This document shows, in pieces, positions 27,465-35,699 of a DNA stretch of 64,000 nucleotides (positions within the stretch are counted from its first letter, which is position 1; every line of letters starts with the position of its first letter). Both the position numbers and the translations under genes were made by a program. Source of the DNA: Pseudomonas phage vB_PaeM_GXNNA8. Under the pieces are notes generated by a model. That model was not told where the DNA came from and did no database searches. It worked only from the letters and a program-made list of their open reading frames with translations. The stretch lies in the sequence record PV400810.1. One strand, given 5' to 3'.

Positions 27465-28772
27465 TTAACAATACGGGAGGGACTCTGGATCCTCGAAATC
27501 TGATGTGATACTACGGTTAACAGCCATCACATCGTCCATCAACTTGATGATCTTCATCCGAGAAATCACCGACTTCAGGACATAATTCAAGATGCTCTTG
27601 AAGAGGAGTCCGTCTTCAGAGATCTCGTTATTGACCATCGGGGTTTTTATCAAGAGTTCACCCAGTTTTTCACTGAGTTCTTCCCAAGTTACGTCGCTCC
27701 CCAGTTCAAGGCCGGACGAACCACCCGAGCGGATGGAGATTACATACTGTGTTTTTGAGGTGCGGTGCAGAATAAGATTTTGAGGATGGAACGGAAGTTC
27801 GATCTCCGTAAGACCCAGTTTATTAGGCGCGTAGAGTGACCTCATGTAAAGCGTCTTATTCCGGAGGGTGAAGTTGCGAAGGATCAGCGTTTCAGAAACG
27901 CTCAAGTAACAACCATGAAGGTAAGCTTTCGAGAGAGACAGCATGGATGCGGTGAGGGTGGTGGTGGTAAGATGCGATTTAACGATGGCAAACTTCCCAG
28001 CGGTAATGTGGGTACGATCCACATACGACTCTTTCACTAAGCCCTTGCCATTGATGGGAGAATCTTTAATCTCGGATTCGATGAAACGGCAGTCGTTGTA
28101 CCGAGCACGTTGATCAACCCCTCGTTTAAATACATCCGCTCTTTTTGGGAAGTCGATCAGTTCGTCGATTGGTCGCAATTCGGTCGATCGTGTACGAGCG
28201 ACACTGCTCTTGTTAACCACACAGTCGTTAACCTCGACATTCAGAAGGTAATTCTCCCCTTCAAACTCACAACGATTAACCACCGAGTTGACTACCACAG
28301 CACTCCCCTTACGCTTACTGACGTTAAGGAAAGGAACGTCAGTAGGGGTTTCCAGCGTAACTTCAGAATAGGAGTCGACCAAGAGATCAAGTTCAACACC
28401 GTAAAGAGTCGTCTTGAAATGAGAGAAGAGGTCGATTTCCGCGGTTACACCTACTGACCAGTATTTATTCCCAAGAATTTCACGTCCTTCTTTGGAACGG
28501 ATCCATTCGCCGTACGGCTTGGTATCGAGAGCCACCAGTTCCTTACCGTCAACCACCACCTTGGGCTTAGAAGGCTCAGGAGCGGAACGGTGTTCTTTAT
28601 TCTCGGTGGGTTGGGTAATGGATTTCTTATCCGACTGTTCCTTGTCGTGTTTCATCTTCTTACCCAGTTCCTTGGAGTGTTTCAAAGCCTTCTCGGCCTT
28701 CTTGAGTTTCATTGCTACTACCGGGTCAGTGGTAGTGTGTTGTTGGTCGTAGGTGTCGGTTTTAACGGTCAT
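27465..28772 (-). CDS. hypothetical protein (Lys-rich N-terminus, beta-rich body)
   Basis: 435-aa ORF. 4-nt overlap with the ligase gene end. Confidence 0.5.
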   Translation of the reverse strand: MTVKTDTYDQQHTTTDPVVAMKLKKAEKALKHSKELGKKMKHDKEQSDKKSITQPTENKEHRSAPEPSKPKVVVDGKELVALDTKPYGEWIRSKEGREILGNKYWSVGVTAEIDLFSHFKTTLYGVELDLLVDSYSEVTLETPTDVPFLNVSKRKGSAVVVNSVVNRCEFEGENYLLNVEVNDCVVNKSSVARTRSTELRPIDELIDFPKRADVFKRGVDQRARYNDCRFIESEIKDSPINGKGLVKESYVDRTHITAGKFAIVKSHLTTTTLTASMLSLSKAYLHGCYLSVSETLILRNFTLRNKTLYMRSLYAPNKLGLTEIELPFHPQNLILHRTSKTQYVISIRSGGSSGLELGSDVTWEELSEKLGELLIKTPMVNNEISEDGLLFKSILNYVLKSVISRMKIIKLMDDVMAVNRSITSDFEDPESLPYC

Positions 28773-30754
28773 TCTCGGTGTCCTTTAATGAACTGAATGA
28801 GGGAGTCGATGCTCGAGTAATCCTTTGCAATTAGCATAGGTATACCCGATTCGGTTGCAATTAACAGTTTCGATTTACCAGGACGATCACCCACAATGAC
28901 GAAGGCACAGTCCTGAGTAAGCCGATCACTGAGTTCAATCCCTTCCTTAGCGAACAGGTTACAGAGTTCTCCTCGGGAAGGTCCAATGTTGCCGGTAATA
29001 CAGACTTTAATGCAGTCGTCCTGCGTTCCGGTGTACTGGAGAGTCAACATCCCTTTTAGGGCGTGGAAGTTGTCCTTAAAGACCGGGGAGTCGAACGCGT
29101 TCACGACCCGATAAGCAATCCCCACTGAAACCCCTCGTACACTTTGTAGGAACTTAGGATTGGTAAGGGATTCTTCGATCTTCCCTTCAGGGATGGCGTT
29201 TGCCAGGCGTTTAGCCAAGGTGATCCCAATATCCGGGATACCCAACGCCTTTAAGAAGCGGTGTAAAGGAACGGGTTCCTGAAGAACACGCTCCAAACCT
29301 CTTCGAGTCGTCGGGGTAAGACATTGATCCTTAATGTCTTCAGGAAGGGCAAGTATATCAGCCGGTTGTTTAACCCATCCTTTCTCAACCAATTCACTGA
29401 CCTTAACGGGCCCTAAACCGTCTACATCCAGTCCAAACTTATCGAACGTCGTTACGCACCGCATAACAATCTGCGCAGGGCACTCTGCGACGTTGTTACA
29501 GACGAGTTCGGAACTGTCCCTACCTACCACTACCTCTAGGAGAGAATCGCATAGGAGAGAATCGCAGCTAGGGCAGTTCGTAGGCGCTTCTAGAAGGTCT
29601 CCTTCCCCACACTCCTCCACCCGGTTCAACCGAGGGATCACATCGTTGTTCCGGGTAATAACAATCCGGTCACCGATTGATAACCCTAAGTCCATAAACG
29701 AACCGTAGTTATCCAACGACGCACACTGACAGATAACTCCTTGGATTGTTACGGGGGTAAACTGGACCACTGGAACTACCCGGCCAAACCGAGAGGTTTT
29801 CCAGATACAGCCTTCAACCTGGGTTAACGCTTCTTCCGCAGGGAACTTGTAAGCAATAGCCCAGTGAGGGAATTTACTCCCATTTCCACTGGCGTCTTGT
29901 TCCTTGAACTTGTCGACTTTAATCACAATCCCGTCCACCGGACGAATGTTCCCCCTCCGGTTCTCTGAGATTGCAATCCAATCCCTAGATTCAGGAACAC
30001 CAAACCCTAAACCTAAGAGAACCTGTCTCAATTCGGAGTAGGCTTTCGTCCCCAATCGATCACTGGCGTAATACGCCGCGAAGTACAGCGTTCCTCGGAT
30101 ATCCTCCCGTTGGTTCTGAGGGAGGGACCGCACCCACCCACTCACGGCATTACGGGGATTGGACCGTTTACCCCCTGTTTCATTAAGAGAATTAAAGCGT
30201 TCCAGACTGATATACCCTTCACCCCGAATAACCAATCGATCCCCCTGGGGTTTATGACGGTCAGGAAGCGTCCTTAAGGTACGAGGAAGGGTGACTTCAT
30301 CAAAGAGGACTATGGAATGTGTCACATCTTCCCCGACTAATCCAGATCCCCGGGTACTCATACTGACCAGTTGTCCCTGTTCATACACCAGCTCCAGGGC
30401 CAACCCATCCAGTTTCTCTTCGTAAAAGAAGTTTGTACCATCCGGGAACTTCAACAGGAACGCGTCCGCTTCCTCCACACTCAAGGCTTTCTTCAAGCTG
30501 AGCATGGGTTCCTCGAACCGTACGGGTCGAATGGCTTCCCCAGAGGGTTCATGAATAGGAACGGGTCGATTATAGAAATCGAACTTAGCCGCTATTTCAG
30601 GGTATCGGTCGTACAACTCATTGAGTTCTTGCTCCAACGCGTCATACGCTTCATCAGAGATCTCATTCCGGTTCTCGACGAAATAGAGATGGGCGTGATA
30701 CGTCAGTTGTTCATGGAGGTATTTAATCCGTTCAACAGGTGAGTGTTTACCCAT
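28769..30754 (-). CDS. ligA: NAD-dependent DNA ligase
   Basis: KxDG adenylation motif (EEKLDGLALEL), N-terminal Ia domain, Cys4 zinc finger, HhH region. 661 aa. Confidence 0.9.
   Translation of the reverse strand: MGKHSPVERIKYLHEQLTYHAHLYFVENRNEISDEAYDALEQELNELYDRYPEIAAKFDFYNRPVPIHEPSGEAIRPVRFEEPMLSLKKALSVEEADAFLLKFPDGTNFFYEEKLDGLALELVYEQGQLVSMSTRGSGLVGEDVTHSIVLFDEVTLPRTLRTLPDRHKPQGDRLVIRGEGYISLERFNSLNETGGKRSNPRNAVSGWVRSLPQNQREDIRGTLYFAAYYASDRLGTKAYSELRQVLLGLGFGVPESRDWIAISENRRGNIRPVDGIVIKVDKFKEQDASGNGSKFPHWAIAYKFPAEEALTQVEGCIWKTSRFGRVVPVVQFTPVTIQGVICQCASLDNYGSFMDLGLSIGDRIVITRNNDVIPRLNRVEECGEGDLLEAPTNCPSCDSLLCDSLLEVVVGRDSSELVCNNVAECPAQIVMRCVTTFDKFGLDVDGLGPVKVSELVEKGWVKQPADILALPEDIKDQCLTPTTRRGLERVLQEPVPLHRFLKALGIPDIGITLAKRLANAIPEGKIEESLTNPKFLQSVRGVSVGIAYRVVNAFDSPVFKDNFHALKGMLTLQYTGTQDDCIKVCITGNIGPSRGELCNLFAKEGIELSDRLTQDCAFVIVGDRPGKSKLLIATESGIPMLIAKDYSSIDSLIQFIKGHRE
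29537..29566 (-). repeat. perfect 15-bp in-frame tandem duplication inside the ligase zinc-finger region
   Basis: taggagagaatcgca x2 gives CDSLL-CDSLL in the protein and adds a fifth Cys. Confidence 0.8.
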
Positions 30755-30785
30755 TGTGATCTCCTAAACCGTATAAAGAGGAAGA

Positions 30786-30811
30786 CGTACCAGGGGAGTG
30801 ATCCCCTGGTA
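30786..30811 (-). terminator. hairpin after 30823..31317
   Basis: gtaccagggga-gtga-tcccctggtac. Confidence 0.5.
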
Positions 30812-30822
30812 CTGTCCTAAGG

Positions 30823-31317
30823 TTAAGCCCTGACTTTGTGTTCTTCCTTTAGCAACGCATTCAAGAAACAGATGTCGCTGTAATCCTGTTTACGACGGAG
30901 TCCTCGTTCAGGGCGACTGTAACTCCCGCGTTTCTGAATCAACAGTGACATCGCATCAAAGATGTAGACTTCAGGACATTGATCCAGCTTAACAGGAACG
31001 GTGGGGAAATAGAGGTTACGTTTACGCACCCAGTAATGGCGGCGTGTGGTGACGTGACCGGTTTGATCCATGGAATCAATAGTCGTTTCAATATGGAACA
31101 CATTGTCTCTCATAGGGCTGAGAATAGCGTTCTGGGTTTCAGCAATGCGTTCAAAGAACGGACTGTCCACCCAAATGTTCAAATCATAGGTGGTTTCACG
31201 ACCCCCCATGAGCATGATAGCCCCACCCCCACCAATAGCGATCTTATCCAATGGGGTGTTATGAGTCTCAGAGAACTGTTGAACGGCTTTTACCACTTCC
31301 AATTGACTATAAAACAT
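30823..31317 (-). CDS. small glycine-loop protein, paralogue B (possible minimal nucleotidyltransferase or Rossmann/LOG-like nucleotide-binding fold)
   Basis: IAIGGGGAIMLMGGRETTYDLNIWVD; C-terminal RKQDYSDICFL. Aligns with 31332..31772. Confidence 0.55.
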   Translation of the reverse strand: MFYSQLEVVKAVQQFSETHNTPLDKIAIGGGGAIMLMGGRETTYDLNIWVDSPFFERIAETQNAILSPMRDNVFHIETTIDSMDQTGHVTTRRHYWVRKRNLYFPTVPVKLDQCPEVYIFDAMSLLIQKRGSYSRPERGLRRKQDYSDICFLNALLKEEHKVRA

Positions 31318-31331
31318 ACCGTAACCTGACC

Positions 31332-31772
31332 TTACAACAATGCGCGTGCGGTGAATGGTTGAGACTGAGTGAGAATTTCCAGTTGGCGGATATCACGGTG
31401 ATCCTGTTGGGTCTTAACGTCCGTTCGATCAGCCAGCTTCGTGAGCCAGTGTTTCTGATTCAGTAACTCCGTAGGGCTGTACAACCACACCCCCTCAATA
31501 CAAACCACCCCTGTGTTCTCGTCGTATTCATGGAGATCGACCAGGGGGGTGTATTGAACCCGTTTATTCACGGTTTCGTTCTCGATAACCCCGAACTTAT
31601 TACTCGCCCAGTTGAACACACTGGTAGGGACATCCACATCGAGGTTATTTGTTTCCTCTCGGATCCCCATTACCACCAAGGCGGCACCCGCCGACAGGAT
31701 CACCTGATGCGGCGGGAGGGCGAGGTCTTCGACCAGTTCACGATACCGTTCTATCACTTCAGCTTTGTTCAT
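31332..31772 (-). CDS. small glycine-loop protein, paralogue A
   Basis: ILSAGAALVVMGIREETNNLDVDVP; C-terminal QQDHRDIRQL. Tandem with 30823..31317. Confidence 0.55.
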   Translation of the reverse strand: MNKAEVIERYRELVEDLALPPHQVILSAGAALVVMGIREETNNLDVDVPTSVFNWASNKFGVIENETVNKRVQYTPLVDLHEYDENTGVVCIEGVWLYSPTELLNQKHWLTKLADRTDVKTQQDHRDIRQLEILTQSQPFTARALL

Positions 31773-31784
31773 GACTCATGACTC

Positions 31785-32078
31785 CTAGTTCATCGGAGCG
31801 CTGACTCCGAAATAGGACAAGATGTTAAGAACCGACTGCTCAACGGTGTAATCCCCCCCTGGATTCAACAGCGTATAACTCACAGGGGTCTGACCGGTTT
31901 CATCAAAAGTCACAATCGCTTGCATCGCCCCTCCAAAGACAATGCACGCATTAATGGATTCTTGAGGATCCGAATGGTAATTAATGGTCACTTTAGCCTG
32001 ACCCGGCCCCAGCATAAGTGTACCGTCCGGTTGAAGATAGGCATCCAGGGTAACCGATCGTGGGAGTTGAACGTTCAT
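31785..32078 (-). CDS. hypothetical protein
   Basis: The track start at 32096 is TTG. The ATG at 32078 (MNVQLPRSV...) has an AAGGA SD. Confidence 0.45.
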   Translation of the reverse strand: MNVQLPRSVTLDAYLQPDGTLMLGPGQAKVTINYHSDPQESINACIVFGGAMQAIVTFDETGQTPVSYTLLNPGGDYTVEQSVLNILSYFGVSAPMN

Positions 32079-32094
32079 TAGAGGTATTCCTTGC

Positions 32095-32118
32095 AAATGA
32101 ATAATGTAGGTTTAAAAT
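32095..32118 (-). promoter_or_regulatory. conserved promoter-like motif (ttttAAACCTACATTATTCATttg in gene orientation)
   Basis: Best-conserved copy. Lies directly between the SbcC-like stop and the next gene. An upstream TTATCA is a possible -35. Confidence 0.45.
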
Positions 32119-34586
32119 TAATTGATAACACTGTGTTGATTGACTTCACCCGGTAAACTCAACCCTTCATAACACATCGCAATTACATTCGGGTTGGTGA
32201 ACATTCCGTATTGAGTAATGTAATGGCTAATCATGAAGAGTTGTTTAGCGTCCTTCTGGGTGGTTAACTCGTGAATGAAATTGAAGAAACGACCGCGTTT
32301 GATTTCATCGAAGGTGGTACCCACCTCATCCAGCATCAGGGGGAAGTTGCCGTGGTAGCGAATGGCGACATACCGGAACGCGAAGTCAATGATACCTGCT
32401 TCACCCAAACTGCAATCACTGACATCTGGCGTGGGTTCATCATCACCGGTAACCACCGGGAACTTCCAGTTCAAATCCCCGTTGTCCTTATGGCAGGGTT
32501 TAACAAACAGGGTGGTGTTCCACACCGATTGAATCACCGCATTCATATTGGCGCAATAGGTCTTGATGAAATCCGTCATCAGCTTACCGATCAACCCCTT
32601 ATTCGGACACAGACCGTTCATTAACCCATCCACAATCTTCAGACGGCGTTTTAAACGATCAATGTCTTCCGAAATAGACGCGACGACTGCACTCAACGAA
32701 CGGCTTTTGATAATGGAGGCGAGGTATTCATCCTTCTCATCCGTTAGCAAATGAATCCGTTCATCAACCCGTTTACGCAGTTCCACTAACCCTTGTTGTT
32801 CCAGCCCATTGAAGATCTCGTCTTTAAGACAGCGGAGGGTCTCCAGGTCTCGGGTGTAGGTGTGGATGGTCTTTAGGTTCCTTGTAAGCTGTTCAATACG
32901 CCGACGGTAGAAACCAATACGACTGTTCTCCACTTCCAGGTCGTGTTCCAGACTCTTTAAGTAGGTGGCGATGTCTAATACCGAATCCTTCTGTAACAGC
33001 CCTATACGCGTGTTTAAGAGCTTTTCTTCTTCCAATAGGGCATCGATACGTTTCTTACAGTTAAAACGCCCCATGAAGGCCCTGAGGGCGTTTAAAAGGA
33101 TGTTGGTATCCGACTTACCCATGTCGTATGCTTTAATCAGCTCAGGAAGGCATTTAACGTCACCATTCATCCGACAGAACTGATGTAAGGCTAACATGCT
33201 GTGGTACCACTCACTGTCCTGTTCGACTAATTTTTCCAGGGTTTCAACATCCTGCACCAGTTTAGTCACACTCAACTTAAGGGCTTCCGCTTTAACCCGT
33301 GCTGCACGCAGTTCATTCGCGGTAATCCCGACCTTGAATTCATGGGTACATTCCGGACAAGTCACCAGTTCCATGGCATCATAATGTTTCAACTGGTGGG
33401 TGAGAGTGTCCAGCTCATTCTTAGAGGCCCTCAGTTGATTACGGGTTTGCTCCAATTTGACGGTATACTCTTTATACCGCCCTCCGGTTAACTCAGGAGT
33501 ACTGGCATTCACCACCCGACGCAATTGAGCCACCAAGGCCTCGTACACCAATTCCAAACCGGTAAAGTCATAGGCGTCATCGTTGAACAAAGGGTAATTA
33601 CCCAATAGCACCCCATGTTGTTTGTATTCTTCCCGGAGAGCAGTGAGTTCCACCTTGAGTTGTTCCGCTTGATGATGGAAGACAAAGGGATCTTCTTTGA
33701 TCTCTTCCATTCCTTCCAAAACCCCTACATGCTCACTGATGACCATTTGAATGGCAGTGGCTTGACCTTCGTGAACACTCAAGATAGCTTGAACTGTTTC
33801 GATTCCCTGTCTGAGTTCAACCTCGGTCTCAAAGAACCCACTGACTCGGTTCAACGCCATCTGCTCAGCCAGGCGCTTGAAAGTATCAATCTTACTTTGG
33901 AGCTCAGGGTCTACTTTCACCTGCTCCAAACCCCCTCGTACCAACAAGGACTCCCTCAGTTCAGTCTCAATCGTCTTAACTCGACGTTCCAGCTCTTCCG
34001 GACCACATTCGGTGATCTGCTTGAGTTTAGCACTCTCTTCCGTATACCGCGTGACTTGGTTCTTAATTGCAGCCGCCAGTTCACGACGTTCTGTCTTAAG
34101 CTTGTTAAAGACCCCTAAGGCGTAACTCGTGTCATTCGGGTAGATGAACATAAAGAAGTCTTTACGTTGAGCCACTGGCATCGCTGAAAACAGACTGTTG
34201 GGTTTAAGCCCGGACAGAATACGGCTGATAGTACTGTCTAACCGGAAATGGATCCATACCAAGTCCTTCTGTTCCGTAAAGGTTCCATTCTTGTTTAACT
34301 CTTTCCCGTTAAACTTGAAACTGTGACCATTGCCTAAGTCTGTTTTAGAATCCAAAACGAAATGGTCCAATCCCCGTTTAATCTCCACGTACTTGCGTCC
34401 AACACCGCGGTAGTTGGCATTTTCAGGAGCCAGGGGATTGGCTTCTCGGAGGATACTGGTTTTCCCGACACCGTTCTGAGCGATCAACAGGTTAACCAAA
34501 TGATTCAGATCCAATTCTACCCGTTTGATTCCGCTGCTTAACAGAGGAATGTAATTCTCTAGGATCAATTTAGTTAATATAAACAT
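32118..34586 (-). CDS. sbcC: Rad50/SbcC-like recombination ATPase (gp46-like) with zinc hook
   Basis: Walker A AQNGVGKTSIL. Long coiled-coil region. Central CPEC hook (CPECTHEF). C-terminal signature-like CSLGEAG, Walker B LMLDEVG, and a D-loop/H-like FMISHY. Confidence 0.75.
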   Translation of the reverse strand: MFILTKLILENYIPLLSSGIKRVELDLNHLVNLLIAQNGVGKTSILREANPLAPENANYRGVGRKYVEIKRGLDHFVLDSKTDLGNGHSFKFNGKELNKNGTFTEQKDLVWIHFRLDSTISRILSGLKPNSLFSAMPVAQRKDFFMFIYPNDTSYALGVFNKLKTERRELAAAIKNQVTRYTEESAKLKQITECGPEELERRVKTIETELRESLLVRGGLEQVKVDPELQSKIDTFKRLAEQMALNRVSGFFETEVELRQGIETVQAILSVHEGQATAIQMVISEHVGVLEGMEEIKEDPFVFHHQAEQLKVELTALREEYKQHGVLLGNYPLFNDDAYDFTGLELVYEALVAQLRRVVNASTPELTGGRYKEYTVKLEQTRNQLRASKNELDTLTHQLKHYDAMELVTCPECTHEFKVGITANELRAARVKAEALKLSVTKLVQDVETLEKLVEQDSEWYHSMLALHQFCRMNGDVKCLPELIKAYDMGKSDTNILLNALRAFMGRFNCKKRIDALLEEEKLLNTRIGLLQKDSVLDIATYLKSLEHDLEVENSRIGFYRRRIEQLTRNLKTIHTYTRDLETLRCLKDEIFNGLEQQGLVELRKRVDERIHLLTDEKDEYLASIIKSRSLSAVVASISEDIDRLKRRLKIVDGLMNGLCPNKGLIGKLMTDFIKTYCANMNAVIQSVWNTTLFVKPCHKDNGDLNWKFPVVTGDDEPTPDVSDCSLGEAGIIDFAFRYVAIRYHGNFPLMLDEVGTTFDEIKRGRFFNFIHELTTQKDAKQLFMISHYITQYGMFTNPNVIAMCYEGLSLPGEVNQHSVIN

Positions 34587-34636
34587 GGTATGAATTCTTT
34601 AAGTGAAGTGAGTCTCTAGATAATGAGGACGCGAGT

Positions 34637-35644
34637 ATGAGTTTAGTGAACGTGGTTAAATGGTTGGGTGTAGGGACGGTTGCCGCCACGAAGGACACCA
34701 ATACCCACGAAGCAATGATCCACCTTCCGTTGCATTCCCCTACCGCCGACGGGAGAACCCTGGCTAAGACAGAACAGAAGGAAGAAACCAGCCAGAATAA
34801 AGAAGGGGAGATGATTACCAGTAAAACCCTGGTCTCTAACACTGTACCAGCGGTCTGGCGATCTATTGGGAATGGGAACCGACTTACCTCACCGGATGTC
34901 CGGGAAGGGGCTAAGGTGTGGGTGTTTCAAATCACAGGTCAGAACCAGTATTACTGGGACATCTTTGGGGACAATACGGATCGTTTCCGCTTAGAGACGG
35001 TTTTGTGGGGCTGGGGGGCTAACCCTGGATTGGCTCAGGACGTCGCCTTTAACCCGGATAACTTCTATACAGCCAGGGTCAGTACCCACGACGGGTTAGT
35101 GGGACTGCGGACCTCTCAGTCCAATGGGGAACGGTCGGGCTTTGATATCCAAGTCAATGCCAAAGAAGGCCGCATCGATATTCGAGGAACTGATGGGAGT
35201 ATCTTCAGTTTCGATGATTACAAACATCAGTTCACCTATACCAACAAGGAAGGGTCCACCATTGCTGTCAATAAGGAGAAGATGGCCTTTTACACCAAAG
35301 ACAGTATTAGCTTTCATGCGGAGAAGGAAATCAATGTCTTAACGAAGACCTTTAACCTTCAGTCCGACACCATTAACATGAAAGCCAATTTGGCGAACAT
35401 CGCCATTGGTCAGACGAACTGGGAAGGGAACATTACCCATACGGGCAATACCGAACAAGAAGGGAACTATACTCAAGAGGGTAATTATACCCAAAACGGG
35501 AATACCACCCGTACCGGTAACAGTGTGAGTACAGGTCTTGTTATTGGACAAACCGATGTGAGAACCGTGAGAGTGTCCCTGAACCTCCATATTCACGGAG
35601 GTGTAGACCCGGGCAATGGAACCACCTCGCCACCCGTGGCTTAA
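34637..35644 (+). CDS. baseplate central spike protein (gpV/gp5/gp138-like: OB-fold, beta-helix, HxH apex)
   Basis: Hexapeptide beta-helix repeats GNITHT-GNTEQE-GNYTQE-GNYTQN-GNTTRT-GNSVST, then apex LNLHIHGGVDPG (HxH). An alternative start is the Met at ~34811. Confidence 0.65.
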   Translation: MSLVNVVKWLGVGTVAATKDTNTHEAMIHLPLHSPTADGRTLAKTEQKEETSQNKEGEMITSKTLVSNTVPAVWRSIGNGNRLTSPDVREGAKVWVFQITGQNQYYWDIFGDNTDRFRLETVLWGWGANPGLAQDVAFNPDNFYTARVSTHDGLVGLRTSQSNGERSGFDIQVNAKEGRIDIRGTDGSIFSFDDYKHQFTYTNKEGSTIAVNKEKMAFYTKDSISFHAEKEINVLTKTFNLQSDTINMKANLANIAIGQTNWEGNITHTGNTEQEGNYTQEGNYTQNGNTTRTGNSVSTGLVIGQTDVRTVRVSLNLHIHGGVDPGNGTTSPPVA

Positions 35645-35656
35645 TCCACTGGACCT

Positions 35657-35687
35657 CCCCTACCTCCCTTAACGGGGAGGTAGGGGG
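35657..35687. terminator. bidirectional hairpin between the spike gene and the fibre cluster
   Basis: 12-bp stem cccctacctccc-ttaac-ggggaggtaggggg. Confidence 0.6.
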
Positions 35688-35699
35688 ATTCATTAAGGG

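Noticed and set aside
27465-28772. Mre11/SbcD partner for the SbcC-like ATPase
   Set aside because: Lacks the calcineurin-like phosphoesterase motifs (DxH, GDxxD, GNHD, H). No other ORF in the window carries them.
32118-34586. Reading the 822-aa ATPase as an OLD/AAA defence ATPase or ABC transporter
   Set aside because: The central CPEC hook flanked by long coiled coils, together with split N- and C-terminal ABC-type motifs, fits Rad50/SbcC.
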